Below, in pieces: positions 30,180 to 41,283 of a DNA stretch of 64,000 bases. Location of the stretch: contig CAXXYH010000003.1 in NCBI GenBank assembly GCA_963677925.2, positions 288,001 to 352,000 of the forward strand, given 5' to 3'. The translations under genes were made by a program, and so were the position numbers. Each line of letters opens with the position of its first letter. Position 1 is the stretch's first letter. Source of the DNA: Spirochaetia bacterium. GTDB taxonomy: Bacteria; Spirochaetota; Spirochaetia; UBA9216. The notes below the pieces were generated by a model. That model saw nothing but the letters and a program-made list of their open reading frames with translations. It was not told the DNA's origin and searched no databases.

Positions 30180-31445
30180 CTATAGACTCAATGAGACTGA
30201 TGCTGTGACCTTAAACTGAATAGATTGATCAAGCATAACCGAAGAAGGGAAAAAGACATTTCCTCCTGCAGACATTCCCAAATCAGAGAGAAGTCTCATC
30301 ATGACATTCAGGTTAGCTTCAGTTCCAAGATATAAACCGGTAGAATCTGCCGAAGTATTTCCTGTACTTACAGGTCCTGCAGTGCTTCTGAAAAAAGTAG
30401 TCCCTTTGAGCATTATCATTGTGCTTTTTACTGGTTTCATTGAATATAAAGCACTGAAATAAAACAGATTCGACTGCTGTGCCGTAAAGATCACTCCGGC
30501 TGCTATCGGGGTTACAGGTGTGTACATTGTTGAAAACCCCGATGTATTTCCTTCATAAAATCCGGAATAATCTGCATCACCGCTGGAGTAATGGCCCTCA
30601 ACAGAAACTCTTGATGACAAAAAAGCAGGAATCAGATAATTCAAACCGCCGCCGGCTATATACGCAAGGATCTGATTATCCCCATAGCTTCCTCCGTTCC
30701 AGAAACCGTAAGCACTGTAAAAAAATGAAGGAAGTATAGGTATCGGCCCCATCAGCCCGGCCCCCGCATAATAAGTATTGAGCCTGTTTCCTCCTGAAAC
30801 TATCTGAGCATCTGTATGCAAGTCCTGCTGAAATAAACCTGACAGAATAAGTGTCTGCCCTGCAAACAGCGCTGGAAAGGTTATACGTAATCCTTCCACA
30901 AGTCTCGGTGATGCAAAAGGGCCCCACACAGGAACAGGATCTACAGCCTGAGCCGATAGATCCGAATGGCTCATAATTATAGTTGCTGCAGGCCCCTGGA
31001 TAAGACCGGTATAGGCAGTAAACATAGAAAAGCTTACAGCCGGCAGAGCCCAGTCTATAAAAATACCGTCACCGGTATGAGAAAAAACTTTTGTAGAAAA
31101 ATCCGAAAAAGAGAAACGGCCTGCTTTAAATGACAAATTACCCAGGCCTCCATCATCGAGACTGTATTTCCCCTGAAGTTTAAGCTGATCCAGTTCAAGA
31201 AGGAAGGCTCTGCTGTCTTTGAAAGTGTAACTGCCCTGGAATTCATAACTTAAAGCCTTGTTAATTTTACCGTTTGCCCAGCCTGCTGATTTTATCGTGT
31301 AGGAAAGGCCGCTCCAGTCAACTTCCGTCTGTCCCGAATTAAAGAGCATTGCAGGCGAAGCATCTACAGTTAATCCAAAATCATATCCGTAGGCAGTTCC
31401 TGTAAGTATGATAATCAAAAGCGCTATTATAACTGTTCTCTTCAT
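30180..31445 (-). CDS. Putative outer-membrane beta-barrel protein
   Basis: Signal peptide; aromatic-rich alternating strands (KAGRF, YSSGD, YLGTEANL); terminal strand FKVTASVSLSL. Confidence 0.6.
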   Translation of the reverse strand: MKRTVIIALLIIILTGTAYGYDFGLTVDASPAMLFNSGQTEVDWSGLSYTIKSAGWANGKINKALSYEFQGSYTFKDSRAFLLELDQLKLQGKYSLDDGGLGNLSFKAGRFSFSDFSTKVFSHTGDGIFIDWALPAVSFSMFTAYTGLIQGPAATIIMSHSDLSAQAVDPVPVWGPFASPRLVEGLRITFPALFAGQTLILSGLFQQDLHTDAQIVSGGNRLNTYYAGAGLMGPIPILPSFFYSAYGFWNGGSYGDNQILAYIAGGGLNYLIPAFLSSRVSVEGHYSSGDADYSGFYEGNTSGFSTMYTPVTPIAAGVIFTAQQSNLFYFSALYSMKPVKSTMIMLKGTTFFRSTAGPVSTGNTSADSTGLYLGTEANLNVMMRLLSDLGMSAGGNVFFPSSVMLDQSIQFKVTASVSLSL

Positions 31446-31449
31446 AACT

Positions 31450-31896
31450 TCAGCTCCGCTCTCTCATTATTTTCCCAATTATGGAAACCGCTTCACCACC
31501 GGTCATACTCCTGTATGCACCGGAATTTTTACTTATATATCCCATAAATCCAAGTTCACGGGAGGCGTAACGCGGAGAGGGAAAAATTGAATACATTAAA
31601 CCGCCTTTCATTTCAAATCCCTTCATTATTAGAAAAGAAAACTCGCCCAGGGTCATTCCGGCTGATGGTGTTCTAAATTCCTTTATCCAGTTTTTCTCCT
31701 GCAAAAGAATAAAAGCCTGAGCAGGTGCAATGTTGTCGTCCCCGAGGCCTGCAGCAGTCGCAACAAGGTATGCACCCATACCGCAGTTTAAAATTTCAGC
31801 CTCGAGAATACCGTCTATCACATCATTTGACTGGCCGAAGGCTGATAATGGAGATACAAATATCAAGGCTATAAAAAGAAATTTTATTTTGTTCAT
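31450..31896 (-). CDS. Small exported hypothetical protein; start MNKIKF
   Basis: Signal peptide (SAFG|Q); co-oriented and abutting the barrel and FecR genes. Confidence 0.75.
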   Translation of the reverse strand: MNKIKFLFIALIFVSPLSAFGQSNDVIDGILEAEILNCGMGAYLVATAAGLGDDNIAPAQAFILLQEKNWIKEFRTPSAGMTLGEFSFLIMKGFEMKGGLMYSIFPSPRYASRELGFMGYISKNSGAYRSMTGGEAVSIIGKIMRERS

Positions 31897-31903
31897 ACTT
31901 AAA

Positions 31904-31954
31904 AGTATATGTAGATGAGCTGAGTTTGCAATTTCGGTTTTCAAAAATTATAAT
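31904..31954. promoter_or_regulatory. Overlapping divergent promoters sharing one palindromic -35 (TTGCAA, 31926-31931)
   Basis: Plus: TTGCAA-17-TATAAT-6-ATG; minus: TTGCAA-16-TATACT-7-ATG. Confidence 0.6.
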
Positions 31955-31960
31955 TTTTTT

Positions 31961-34669
31961 ATGAATATAAAACATCTGCAAAAAACCTTTCTTATTCCGG
32001 TGGCATTCGTAATCTTATTCTCTCTAATGAATATTTTTACCTTCTACAGAGATGGTGAACATTTTTTTATGGATCTCTATATGAAAATGACTCCAGGACC
32101 GCAGGATAAAGAGAATATTGTTCTTCTTAATATAGATGATCTTGCAATTGCAAAAGTGGGTATGTTTCCATGGAGCCGGGCAATTATGGCAGACGGTCTC
32201 ATTCTTATGAAGGAAATGGGTGCTCAGTATGCAGTATTTGATATTGAGTACACTGAAGAAAGTCCTATGGGGCTGAACAGTGAATTTCTATATAATGAAA
32301 TTCCAAAATCGCTGGATGAAAAATTTGCAGAAATAACAGGTAATACTGAAGGTTTATTTAATGCTATAGTTTCAGGAAATATAAGTCTTTCTGATGCATC
32401 TGAATACGTGGCCCAGCTTAATGACCTCAGTATAGCATCTAAAAGTGATCTTTATGAAAAAATCAAATCTGTAGCCAGGGATAATGATGCCTATTTCGGT
32501 CTGGCAGCTGCATATTTCGGTAATTCATTTTTTACTATTAACATTCTTAATCAGGAAGAGGACGAATACTCTTCTGATTTAAAAGACTGGATAACTGAAA
32601 ATATGGGAATTAAAGTTACTGCAGAAGATAATTCAAGACTTCTTAAAGGTATTGATATCAGACCGGCGGTAAGCCAGATAAGCATGAATGCAGCGAGTCT
32701 AGGGTTCCCTAATGTTCATATTGATAATGACGGTGTAAGACGCAGAGTAAATCTTATAGCAGAATATGAGAATACTTTTTTTCCACAGCTCAGTTTTCAG
32801 GCCGTATACAAGATTCTCGGTGAGCCAGAAATAGAGATTGACAAGGACAGAATTATACTTAAAAAAGCAGCCTTTCCCGACGGTGAAAGCAGAGATCTTA
32901 TCATCCCTCTTGATAAGGACGGTTATTTCGTAATTAATTGGCCGCGTAAAGATTTTGATGAAAGCTTTACTCAGCTTTCCTACTATTACCTGGTTCTTCA
33001 TAAAAGGCAGGAAACACTTCTGGTTCAGAATCTTGAAATAATGAAAGATGCAGGATATCTGAATTACTATCAGGGCAATATGCCTATCCTTGATATCTAT
33101 AACTACACTCAGTCCTTACAGAGCGATATGCTTGAATCAGGGAACACTGAAGAGTTTAGTGAATATCAACATATACGCAATTACTTCTTTACTGAAACTG
33201 CAAACTTTCTTGGAGGTGATGCTGAAAATAGTATTGTGTCAAGAATTGACCAGATTCTTGATTCTCCAGATATCCCTGATACTCAAAAGGAACGATATTC
33301 AGAAATCAAGGTTTCAGTTCAAACCAGTTTTTCAGAAACTGCTGACCTGTTAAACAATCTGTTAAAAACCCGGGAGATTCTTTCCTCTACTCTCGAGGGC
33401 GCAATCTGCTATTTAGGTTGGACCGGAACTGCGACAACTGATAGAGGTGTAAATCCATTTGATTCCACCTATGACAATGTAGGTACACATGCATCAATTG
33501 CCAATACAATTCTAAATAAAGATTTTGTAGATATACTACCTCAATGGGTTTCAATAATAGCAGCCGTCATTCTCGTTCTTATATACTATAGAATAAAAAT
33601 AATGCTTAATCCCGTACCGTCAATTCTTACCGGTTTCGGTTTCATCATTTTAATATTTTTCTCCGGATTACTGGTTTTCTCCGTAACTGGTAACTACTTT
33701 CCTGTCCTGACTCCGGTCATGACTATATCATCAAGTTTCGTAATTCTTACAATAGTTAATTTTCTCTCGACATCAAAGGAAAAAACTTTTATTCGAAGCG
33801 CTTTCGGACAATATCTTTCAAACGAAGTTATAAACGATCTTCTTGATAACCCTGAAAAACTGAATCTCGGCGGTGAAAAAAAGAATCTTACAGCTCTTTT
33901 TACAGATGTCAAAGGCTTTTCTACAATTTCAGAAGCTATGGATCCTACAGATCTCGTTAACCTTTTGAATATGTATCTCACGAAGATGTCGGACATTATC
34001 ATGGACAGACAAGGAACAATTGATAAGTTTGAAGGTGATGCAATAATTTCATTCTTCGGGGCGCCCACCGATTTTACTGATCATGCTTATAAGGCATGCC
34101 TGGCCTCAATCGAGATGAAGAGAGCCGAAGCTATTATGAATAAAATAATTGAGGATGAAAAACTAAGTCCAAATCCGCTGTTAACCAGAATAGGACTTAA
34201 CACAGGCGATATGGTTGTTGGAAACATGGGGACGGCAAAAAAGATGGATTACACAATGATGGGCAACGCTGTTAATCTTGCGGCAAGACTTGAAGGCGTG
34301 AATAAACGTTATGGAACATGGCTTCTTATAAGTGATTCAACATATGAAGCCGGCGGCAAGGAGTTTGCCACAAGAAGACTCGACCGAGTCCGTGTAGTAG
34401 GTATAAATACCCCTGTCCGGTTGTATGAGCTGGTTGAAGAAAAATCACAGTTAGCAAAAGAGAAAAAGGAATTGCTTCAGATATTCGAAGAAGGACTCAC
34501 TACTTTTGAAGAAAGAGACTGGACCGGTGCAGAAAAACTATTCAGGCAGGCATTGAAAATTACTTCAGATGACGGACCGTCATTATATTACCTTGATCGA
34601 TGTGAAAAATATATAAAGGAACCGCCCCGTACAAACTGGGATGGTGTTTACAACCTTACCGAGAAATGA
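31961..34669 (+). CDS. CHASE2-domain class III adenylate cyclase with C-terminal TPR-like helix
   Basis: IDD..FPWSR, FDI, DNDGVRRR, three TM helices, FTDVKGFS, IDKFEGDA, DYTMMGNAVNLAARLE. Confidence 0.92.
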   Translation: MNIKHLQKTFLIPVAFVILFSLMNIFTFYRDGEHFFMDLYMKMTPGPQDKENIVLLNIDDLAIAKVGMFPWSRAIMADGLILMKEMGAQYAVFDIEYTEESPMGLNSEFLYNEIPKSLDEKFAEITGNTEGLFNAIVSGNISLSDASEYVAQLNDLSIASKSDLYEKIKSVARDNDAYFGLAAAYFGNSFFTINILNQEEDEYSSDLKDWITENMGIKVTAEDNSRLLKGIDIRPAVSQISMNAASLGFPNVHIDNDGVRRRVNLIAEYENTFFPQLSFQAVYKILGEPEIEIDKDRIILKKAAFPDGESRDLIIPLDKDGYFVINWPRKDFDESFTQLSYYYLVLHKRQETLLVQNLEIMKDAGYLNYYQGNMPILDIYNYTQSLQSDMLESGNTEEFSEYQHIRNYFFTETANFLGGDAENSIVSRIDQILDSPDIPDTQKERYSEIKVSVQTSFSETADLLNNLLKTREILSSTLEGAICYLGWTGTATTDRGVNPFDSTYDNVGTHASIANTILNKDFVDILPQWVSIIAAVILVLIYYRIKIMLNPVPSILTGFGFIILIFFSGLLVFSVTGNYFPVLTPVMTISSSFVILTIVNFLSTSKEKTFIRSAFGQYLSNEVINDLLDNPEKLNLGGEKKNLTALFTDVKGFSTISEAMDPTDLVNLLNMYLTKMSDIIMDRQGTIDKFEGDAIISFFGAPTDFTDHAYKACLASIEMKRAEAIMNKIIEDEKLSPNPLLTRIGLNTGDMVVGNMGTAKKMDYTMMGNAVNLAARLEGVNKRYGTWLLISDSTYEAGGKEFATRRLDRVRVVGINTPVRLYELVEEKSQLAKEKKELLQIFEEGLTTFEERDWTGAEKLFRQALKITSDDGPSLYYLDRCEKYIKEPPRTNWDGVYNLTEK

Positions 34670-34672
34670 CCT

Positions 34673-34702
34673 GCTGTCTGCCGACCTTAAACTGGCAGAC
34701 GG
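34673..34702. terminator. Hairpin between convergent cyclase and SDR genes
   Basis: GCTGTCTGCC-N11-GGCAGACGGC; no clear U tract. Confidence 0.5.
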
Positions 34703-34703
34703 C

Positions 34704-36248
34704 TCACCAGTCTATTGGGAAATAGTCTTTTAGAAACATTCCGCACCAGTGACGTCCTGTGTTTATACCGTCAAAAAGAGGATCACAGACTCGGGCGGCG
34801 CCGTCTACTATATCCAGCGGGGGCTGAAAATCATGCAGCTCCTGCTTCTTTTTCGCCAGCTGGGCCGGATCTTCATCGGTAACCCAGCCGGTATCAACTG
34901 CATTCATATATATTCCGTGTTCAGCAAGCTCACTCGCGGATGTGTGTGTAAGCATGTTAAGAGCTGCTTTTGCCATATTTGTATGCGGATGCCTCTCACC
35001 TTTCTTAAAACGCATAAACTTGCCTTCCATGGCAGAAACATTGACTATATGTTTGCAGCCTGTGTTCTCTTTTTTCATGAGAGGCACAAGTCTGTTGCAC
35101 AGAACAAATGGTGCTACAGAGTTAATAAGCTGTAGTTCAAGCATTTCCGAGGTCTGAATCTCACCAAGCTTAAGGCGCCAGCTGTTTGTTGTTCGCAGAT
35201 CAACCTGCTGCAGGTCGACATCCAGTTTGCCTTGAGGAAAAACAGCTTCAACTTCATGATTGTCTTCATACGCATACGGGATCTGCGATAATCTAGCCGA
35301 TTCAATCATCCCGAGACCGGGAGTTCTGGCCTCCCAGGATACAGGAACAAGAGCATCATCTGAATGACTGCTGTGTGAAAATTTCTCAATCCGGTTGAGA
35401 CAGGATTCATAATCAAAAAGAAGGCTGCGGACTTTTTCAGGAAGCGCCTCCCGCGGCATCAGTTCATTATCCATCAGATGCTGGTAAAAACCGGGCGGAC
35501 GCCGGACTGTCTGGGCAGCATTGTTTATAAGTATATCCAGCCGTCCAAACCTGTCGGTAATATGAGTACAGAATAGCTCAACACTGGGGGTGTGACGCAG
35601 ATCGAGCCCGTAGACATGCAGACGATGACCCCAGTCAGCAAAATCAGCTTCTTTCGAATATCGAATTGCGGAATCCACAGGAAATCGTGTTGTGGCAACA
35701 ACCTCAGCACCGGCCCTAAGAAGCATCAACGTTGCCTGATATCCAATTTTAAGCCTGGAACCCGTAATCACAGCAACCTGGCCTCTTAGATCTGCAGTCT
35801 GAAATCTTTTATAATAGTTCAGCTCTGCACATTCCGGACACATAGCATCATAAAAGAAATGCATGCGGGTATATTCTTTTTTACAGACGTAGCAATTACG
35901 CGGAGAATTCAGAACAAGTTCTTTATCATTATCCATCTCATCACAGGTCAGCTGCTTTGGTGCAGAAAATACGAGATTCTCCCTGGCACTTCGTATTCCG
36001 GTTGCCGCGCGTGCAGCCCGTTCATCAGCTACAGTCTCCTGCCGTTTTTTTCTGGCGGCGGCCTTCTTTCTCTGTTTTAAAACGGCATGATCCGGTTTGG
36101 ACAATGCGCCTGCGGCCTTTAGAAGTTCAATCTGTGTATCTCTGGGAATAGCAACTAACTGATCTGCATTTTCAGATAGAGCTTTTAATATATTTATACA
36201 GTTATTTATTTCTTCTTCTGTGTAATTTGATTCAGTGTCTTCGTTCAT
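34704..36248 (-). CDS. Atypical SDR oxidoreductase with N-terminal CxxC..CxxC domain
   Basis: [45 protein letters not shown]. Confidence 0.85.
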   Translation of the reverse strand: MNEDTESNYTEEEINNCINILKALSENADQLVAIPRDTQIELLKAAGALSKPDHAVLKQRKKAAARKKRQETVADERAARAATGIRSARENLVFSAPKQLTCDEMDNDKELVLNSPRNCYVCKKEYTRMHFFYDAMCPECAELNYYKRFQTADLRGQVAVITGSRLKIGYQATLMLLRAGAEVVATTRFPVDSAIRYSKEADFADWGHRLHVYGLDLRHTPSVELFCTHITDRFGRLDILINNAAQTVRRPPGFYQHLMDNELMPREALPEKVRSLLFDYESCLNRIEKFSHSSHSDDALVPVSWEARTPGLGMIESARLSQIPYAYEDNHEVEAVFPQGKLDVDLQQVDLRTTNSWRLKLGEIQTSEMLELQLINSVAPFVLCNRLVPLMKKENTGCKHIVNVSAMEGKFMRFKKGERHPHTNMAKAALNMLTHTSASELAEHGIYMNAVDTGWVTDEDPAQLAKKKQELHDFQPPLDIVDGAARVCDPLFDGINTGRHWCGMFLKDYFPIDW

Positions 36249-36315
36249 CTATGTTCCTGTCTTACCCTTATCTATACATATGTAAAGGCGTATAGTCAAC
36301 AGTATATTTAGATAC

Positions 36316-36346
36316 AAAAAAGCCGGAGCAGTTCATTGCTCCGGCT
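36316..36346 (-). terminator. Intrinsic terminator of panB-folD-fhs
   Basis: AGCCGGAGCA-N5-TGCTCCGGCT with a U tract on the minus strand. Confidence 0.85.
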
Positions 36347-36375
36347 GATAAATATTCAATGTATTTTATAAAAAA

Positions 36376-38139
36376 TTAAAACAGTCCTTTTACCCGCCCT
36401 GTCTGGGTATCAACATCAATCTGCCTGAATGCAGGATCTGACGCAGTACCCGGCATAAGCTTGATGCCTCCGGCAACAGGTACAATAAACCCGGCGCCCT
36501 GATATACAAGGATATCGCTGATAGGCAGAGTCCAGCCTTTTGGGCGGCCCTTCAGAGTCGGGTCATGTGACAACGAAAGATGAGTCTTAACCATACATGT
36601 ACCCAGACCGTTTAATGAACTGTCATTCTGTATCTTTTCCAGCTTGGCAGAAGCTTCTGCACTGTAGCTAACACCATCTGCACCATAAACCTGGGTAGCA
36701 ATCAGCTCAATTCTTTCCTTAAGAGGTGTGGAATCTTCATACAGAAATTTAAAATCAGGTTTTTCTTCACAGGCCTCGACAACTGCGTTTGCAAGTTCAA
36801 CCGCACCTTCACCGCCTTTTTCCCAGTGCTTTGATAAGGCAACCCTGGCACCGGCTTTCTTACAGGCTTCTCTGATGACCTCAATTTCCTTATCTGTATC
36901 AGTATAAAAGTGGTTTATACATACAACTGCAGGTACACCGCTCTTTCTGACAGTTGCAATATGGGCAAGAAGGTTTTCAAGTCCTTTTTCAACCAGTTCA
37001 ATATTCTCTTCTGTATATGCCTTATCGAGAGGTTTGCCCGGAACAACCTTCGGTCCTCCTCCGTGCATCTTTAAAGCCCTTACTGTACACACAATTACAG
37101 AACAGTTCGGAACAAGTCCTGAGAACCTGCATTTAAGATTCCAGAATTTCTCAAAACCGATATCTGCACCGAAACCGCTCTCTGTTACATGGTAATCACA
37201 GAGTTTAAGACCCACACGGTCAGCTATAATTGATGACTGGCCGATTGCAATATTTGCAAAAGGGCCTGCATGAACAAGGACCGGCTGGCCTTCGATAGTC
37301 TGCATAATGTTCGGGTTTATAGCCCGTGCCATCAGGGCAGTCATTGCTCCGCCTACTTCCAGATCATCAGCAGTAACAGCTTCGCCTTTCTTGTTGTAAC
37401 CGATAATCATCTTACCTATGCGTTCGCGCATATCCTTAAGATCTTTTGCAACAGCAAGTATAGCCATAATTTCTGATGAAACGGTAATCTGAAAACCGCT
37501 TTTCATCATAAATCCGTCCATCTTCCCGCCGAGTCCTATTATTATTTCCCGGAGTGCCTGGGCTGAAAAATCTATAGCCCATCCTATTGCAGGGTTTCTT
37601 GGATCTATATCGAGTCTTTTGAGATTCTTTTTTTCAAGCACATCATCGCCGTAGTTGAATTCATGCTGAATCCGGCTGGTAAGAGCAACCATAGCCAGGT
37701 TGTGTGCGTTAGTGATGGCGTCTATATCGCCGGTAAGTCCGAGACTGAACTCAGTAAGAGGTACACATTGTGCAAGTCCGCCGCCAGCGGCTGACCCCTT
37801 AATGTTGAATGTAGGTCCGCCTGAAGGCTGCCTGATGGCTCCGCAGACAGACTTCCCAATCTTACCAAGTCCTTCAACCAGTCCCATGGTTGTAGTTGTC
37901 TTTCCTTCACCGAGAGGAGTAGGATTTATTGCCGTAACTTCGATGTATTTTCCATCCGGTTTATCTTTCAGTCGCTCAAGAATAGCGTTGTAATCCAGTT
38001 TACCAAGGAAGTGACCATAAGGCAGAATCTCCATTTTATCAAGATTCAGTTCTTCAGCCAGCTGATAGACTGTCTTCATATCCTTTTCAGCTGCTTCAGC
38101 AATCTCCCAGTCCTTCATCTTAGTCGGATCAAGTTTCAT
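36376..38139 (-). CDS. fhs: Formate--tetrahydrofolate ligase
   Basis: [55 protein letters not shown]. Confidence 0.97.
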   Translation of the reverse strand: MKLDPTKMKDWEIAEAAEKDMKTVYQLAEELNLDKMEILPYGHFLGKLDYNAILERLKDKPDGKYIEVTAINPTPLGEGKTTTTMGLVEGLGKIGKSVCGAIRQPSGGPTFNIKGSAAGGGLAQCVPLTEFSLGLTGDIDAITNAHNLAMVALTSRIQHEFNYGDDVLEKKNLKRLDIDPRNPAIGWAIDFSAQALREIIIGLGGKMDGFMMKSGFQITVSSEIMAILAVAKDLKDMRERIGKMIIGYNKKGEAVTADDLEVGGAMTALMARAINPNIMQTIEGQPVLVHAGPFANIAIGQSSIIADRVGLKLCDYHVTESGFGADIGFEKFWNLKCRFSGLVPNCSVIVCTVRALKMHGGGPKVVPGKPLDKAYTEENIELVEKGLENLLAHIATVRKSGVPAVVCINHFYTDTDKEIEVIREACKKAGARVALSKHWEKGGEGAVELANAVVEACEEKPDFKFLYEDSTPLKERIELIATQVYGADGVSYSAEASAKLEKIQNDSSLNGLGTCMVKTHLSLSHDPTLKGRPKGWTLPISDILVYQGAGFIVPVAGGIKLMPGTASDPAFRQIDVDTQTGRVKGLF

Positions 38140-38141
38140 AA

Positions 38142-39047
38142 TTATAACCTCAATGCGTATTTGAATGATTTTAAAGTATTCTTCATAAGCATTGTTATTG
38201 TCATGGGACCTACACCGCCGGGTACGGGGGTAATATATCCGGCAATCTGAGAGGCTTCTTCAAAATCAACATCACCCTTAAGAACTGCTATCTTCTTTCC
38301 GGTTTTTTCACTGATTTTTTCACCTACCCTGTTTACTCCGACATCAATAACACATGCTCCTTTTTTAATCCATTGCGGCTTAACCAGTCCCGGAACACCG
38401 GCTGCAACTATCAGGATATCTGCCCTCAGGCAGTGTTCAGCCAGGTTCTTGGTACCGGTATGCACAACTGTCACAGTAGAATTAGCCCCTGCACCTTTCT
38501 GCAGCATCATATTGGCTATAGGCTTTCCAACAATATTGGAACGCCCTACTACTACAACTTCAGCTCCTTTAGTTTCAACACCGGAACGGATAATCATCTC
38601 CTGAATTGCTGCAGGAGTACATGGCGGATATTTCACCTCATCACCGCCGATCATCAGCCGTCCGACATTTACAGGATGAAATCCATCGACATCCTTATCA
38701 GGATCAATAGCATTCAGAACTTTCTTCTCATCGATATGTTTCGGAAGAGGAAGCTGAACAAGGATACCATGGATATTTTCATCCTTATTATATTTATCAA
38801 TTAATTCAAGTAATTCAGCCTCGGTTATATTTTCAGACCTTGTGTCCTGAATTTCATTATAACCGAGACTCTGTGCTGTCTTGATCTTGAGGGTTACATA
38901 GGAGATAGAGGCCGGGTTTTCACCAATAAGAATAGTAACGAGACCCGGAACTTTTCCGTACTTCTCTTTAAGCTCTGCAGTTTCTGCCCTTAATTCAGCG
39001 AGAATCTCTTCCCGTATATCTGTTCCCTTAATCAATACAGCTGACAT
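38142..39047 (-). CDS. folD: Methylene-THF dehydrogenase/cyclohydrolase
   Basis: [47 protein letters not shown]. Confidence 0.97.
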   Translation of the reverse strand: MSAVLIKGTDIREEILAELRAETAELKEKYGKVPGLVTILIGENPASISYVTLKIKTAQSLGYNEIQDTRSENITEAELLELIDKYNKDENIHGILVQLPLPKHIDEKKVLNAIDPDKDVDGFHPVNVGRLMIGGDEVKYPPCTPAAIQEMIIRSGVETKGAEVVVVGRSNIVGKPIANMMLQKGAGANSTVTVVHTGTKNLAEHCLRADILIVAAGVPGLVKPQWIKKGACVIDVGVNRVGEKISEKTGKKIAVLKGDVDFEEASQIAGYITPVPGGVGPMTITMLMKNTLKSFKYALRL

Positions 39048-39048
39048 A

Positions 39049-39915
39049 TTAAAGCCCCAGTGCCTTTTTCAGTTCTTCAACGGCTTCGGCTTTCATGTTG
39101 AAACTGTGGTCGTTTGTAGGAAATTTTACATCCTTAACTTCACCGATAAATTCCTTAACAGCATTAACCTGAGGTGTATACATATCAGCATAAACCTTTA
39201 CAAACTTCGGAGTAAATCTCTTAAAGAGTCCGAGAAGGTCATGATAAACAAGAACCTGTCCTGCGCATGAAGGACCAGCTCCGATACCAACTGTTGGAAT
39301 AGTAAGCTGTTCTGTAATTATTGCAGCAAGCTGCTGGGGAATAGCTTCAAGAATGATTGCAAAAGCACCTGCGTCCTGCATTGCAAGAGCATCATCGAGC
39401 ACTGATTTTGCAGCATCAAGTGATTTACCCTGAACCTTGAAACCGCCCATTGTGGCAGCTGTCTGAGGTGTAAGTCCGATATGTGCAAAAACCGGGATTC
39501 CGGCTTTGGTTATCGCTGCAGCTGTAGGTGCAAAATCCTGACCGCCTTCAAACTTGATGGAATCGCAAAGACCATCCTTATAAAGGATACCTGCATTGGT
39601 TACAGCCTGTTCATTTGAGATATTGTATGACATGAATGGAAGGTCACCTACTACGTGAGCTCTGTTTACAGCCCTCATAACAGCCTTTGTATGCATCAGC
39701 ATTTCGTCCATAGTTACTGGAACAGTGTCCTTGTAACCAAGTTCAACCATGCCCAGTGAATCACCTACCAGGATAATGTCGATACCTGCTTCATCAACAA
39801 CCATTGCCTGTGGATAGTTATAAGCAGTGATCATTGATATCTTTTCGCCGTCGTCTTTCATCTTCTGAAGATCAGCAGCGAGCAATTTTTTTGTTGCTTC
39901 CGGATGTGAACTCAT
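39049..39915 (-). CDS. panB: 3-methyl-2-oxobutanoate hydroxymethyltransferase
   Basis: ITAY, LVGDSLG, GDLPFMSY, KFEGG, HIGLTPQ, GIGAG, GQVLVYHD, PKFVK. Confidence 0.96.
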   Translation of the reverse strand: MSSHPEATKKLLAADLQKMKDDGEKISMITAYNYPQAMVVDEAGIDIILVGDSLGMVELGYKDTVPVTMDEMLMHTKAVMRAVNRAHVVGDLPFMSYNISNEQAVTNAGILYKDGLCDSIKFEGGQDFAPTAAAITKAGIPVFAHIGLTPQTAATMGGFKVQGKSLDAAKSVLDDALAMQDAGAFAIILEAIPQQLAAIITEQLTIPTVGIGAGPSCAGQVLVYHDLLGLFKRFTPKFVKVYADMYTPQVNAVKEFIGEVKDVKFPTNDHSFNMKAEAVEELKKALGL

Positions 39916-40067
39916 ATTAAACTCCTAAAGTGTATAATTTAACCTATATTTACCTTGTATAATAATATAACCTATAATAGTATTTTTTAACAAGGAAAAG
40001 ATAGCGAAATTTAACTAATACTTAATTATAATGGAATTCTGAGTTCTTTTCAAACAGGAGGCATTAT

Positions 40068-41270
40068 TTGAAAATTCTTATTATCAACAGCGGTAGCACT
40101 TCAATAAAATTCCAGATATTTAAAATGGATACTGAAGAAACCATTTGCAGGGGTCTGGTTGACAGGGTTGGAAACAACAGCGTTATCAAGATTGAAACTT
40201 CGGTTTTTAAGAAGGAATTTAATATTAATGTTGAAAATCACAAACAGGGGCTAGAGACTGTATTGAATCTGCTTACATCCGATGAGACAGGCATACTAAA
40301 AGATATTTCTGAAATTGATGCTGTCGGGCACAGGCTTGTACATGGCGGAGATAAACTTACCAGGCCCATGCTGATTACTCCTGAGGTTGTTTCAGTGGTG
40401 GAAGACAATCTCAACCTTGCTCCGCTTCACAATCCTCCGGGACTTCTGGGCGTGCAGGCCATAACCTCCCTGCTTCCGGATGTTCCCCAGTGCGCAAGTT
40501 TTGATACCGCCTATTATTCCGATATGAGTCAGGCTGCCTTTTCATTCGGACTGGGCTATGAATACTATGAGAAATACGGCCTTCGGAAATTCGGATTTCA
40601 CGGAGCCTCACATAAATACATCAATCTAAGGGCTGCAGAAATGCTCGGGCTGCCTAAAGAGAAACTTCATACCGTAAGCGCACATATCGGAGGCGGTGTA
40701 TCACTTACGTCATCTATAGGATGCAGAGCTGTGGATACTTCACTAGGTTTAGGAACAGCCTGCGGTGTTCCAATGGGGACACGTGCCGGGGATGTGGATC
40801 CCGATGCAGTTTTACACCTTATAACTGAAGCAGGCTTTTCTGCAGCAGAGGTGAAGGACATAATTTATAAGAAATCCGGTCTTGCCGGAATAAGCGGAGT
40901 TTCTCCTGATTTACGTGATATTCTTAAAGCTGCAGATGAAGGACAGGAAAGAAGCGTACTTGCACTTGAGATTTTTGTACGTTCTATCAGAAAATATATA
41001 GGTAAGCTTGCCTGTACTCTAGAGGGCAGAATGGATGCACTTATTTTCACTGCAGGAATTGGTGAAAACTCAGCAGTTATAAGAGAAAAAATATGCAGCG
41101 GCCTGGAGGTTCTTGGTATAGAAATTGACCCGGAACTTAACAAAACGGCAACAGGAGTTGAAGCGGTTATAAGCAGCGGTAATTCAAAGGTTAAAGTACT
41201 TGTCATACCAACTAATGAAGAATGGATGATGGCATCAGAAACTAAAGAAGTATTAGAAAATTTAGAATAA
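40068..41270 (+). CDS. ackA: Acetate kinase family carboxylate kinase with divergent substrate-pocket motifs; TTG start
   Basis: NSGSTSIK, GHRLVHGG, APLHNP, FDTA, GFHGASH, MGTRAGD, FTAGIGEN, IPTNEE; AGGAGG RBS. Confidence 0.85.
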   Translation: MKILIINSGSTSIKFQIFKMDTEETICRGLVDRVGNNSVIKIETSVFKKEFNINVENHKQGLETVLNLLTSDETGILKDISEIDAVGHRLVHGGDKLTRPMLITPEVVSVVEDNLNLAPLHNPPGLLGVQAITSLLPDVPQCASFDTAYYSDMSQAAFSFGLGYEYYEKYGLRKFGFHGASHKYINLRAAEMLGLPKEKLHTVSAHIGGGVSLTSSIGCRAVDTSLGLGTACGVPMGTRAGDVDPDAVLHLITEAGFSAAEVKDIIYKKSGLAGISGVSPDLRDILKAADEGQERSVLALEIFVRSIRKYIGKLACTLEGRMDALIFTAGIGENSAVIREKICSGLEVLGIEIDPELNKTATGVEAVISSGNSKVKVLVIPTNEEWMMASETKEVLENLE

Positions 41271-41283
41271 ATTTGGAGTAATA

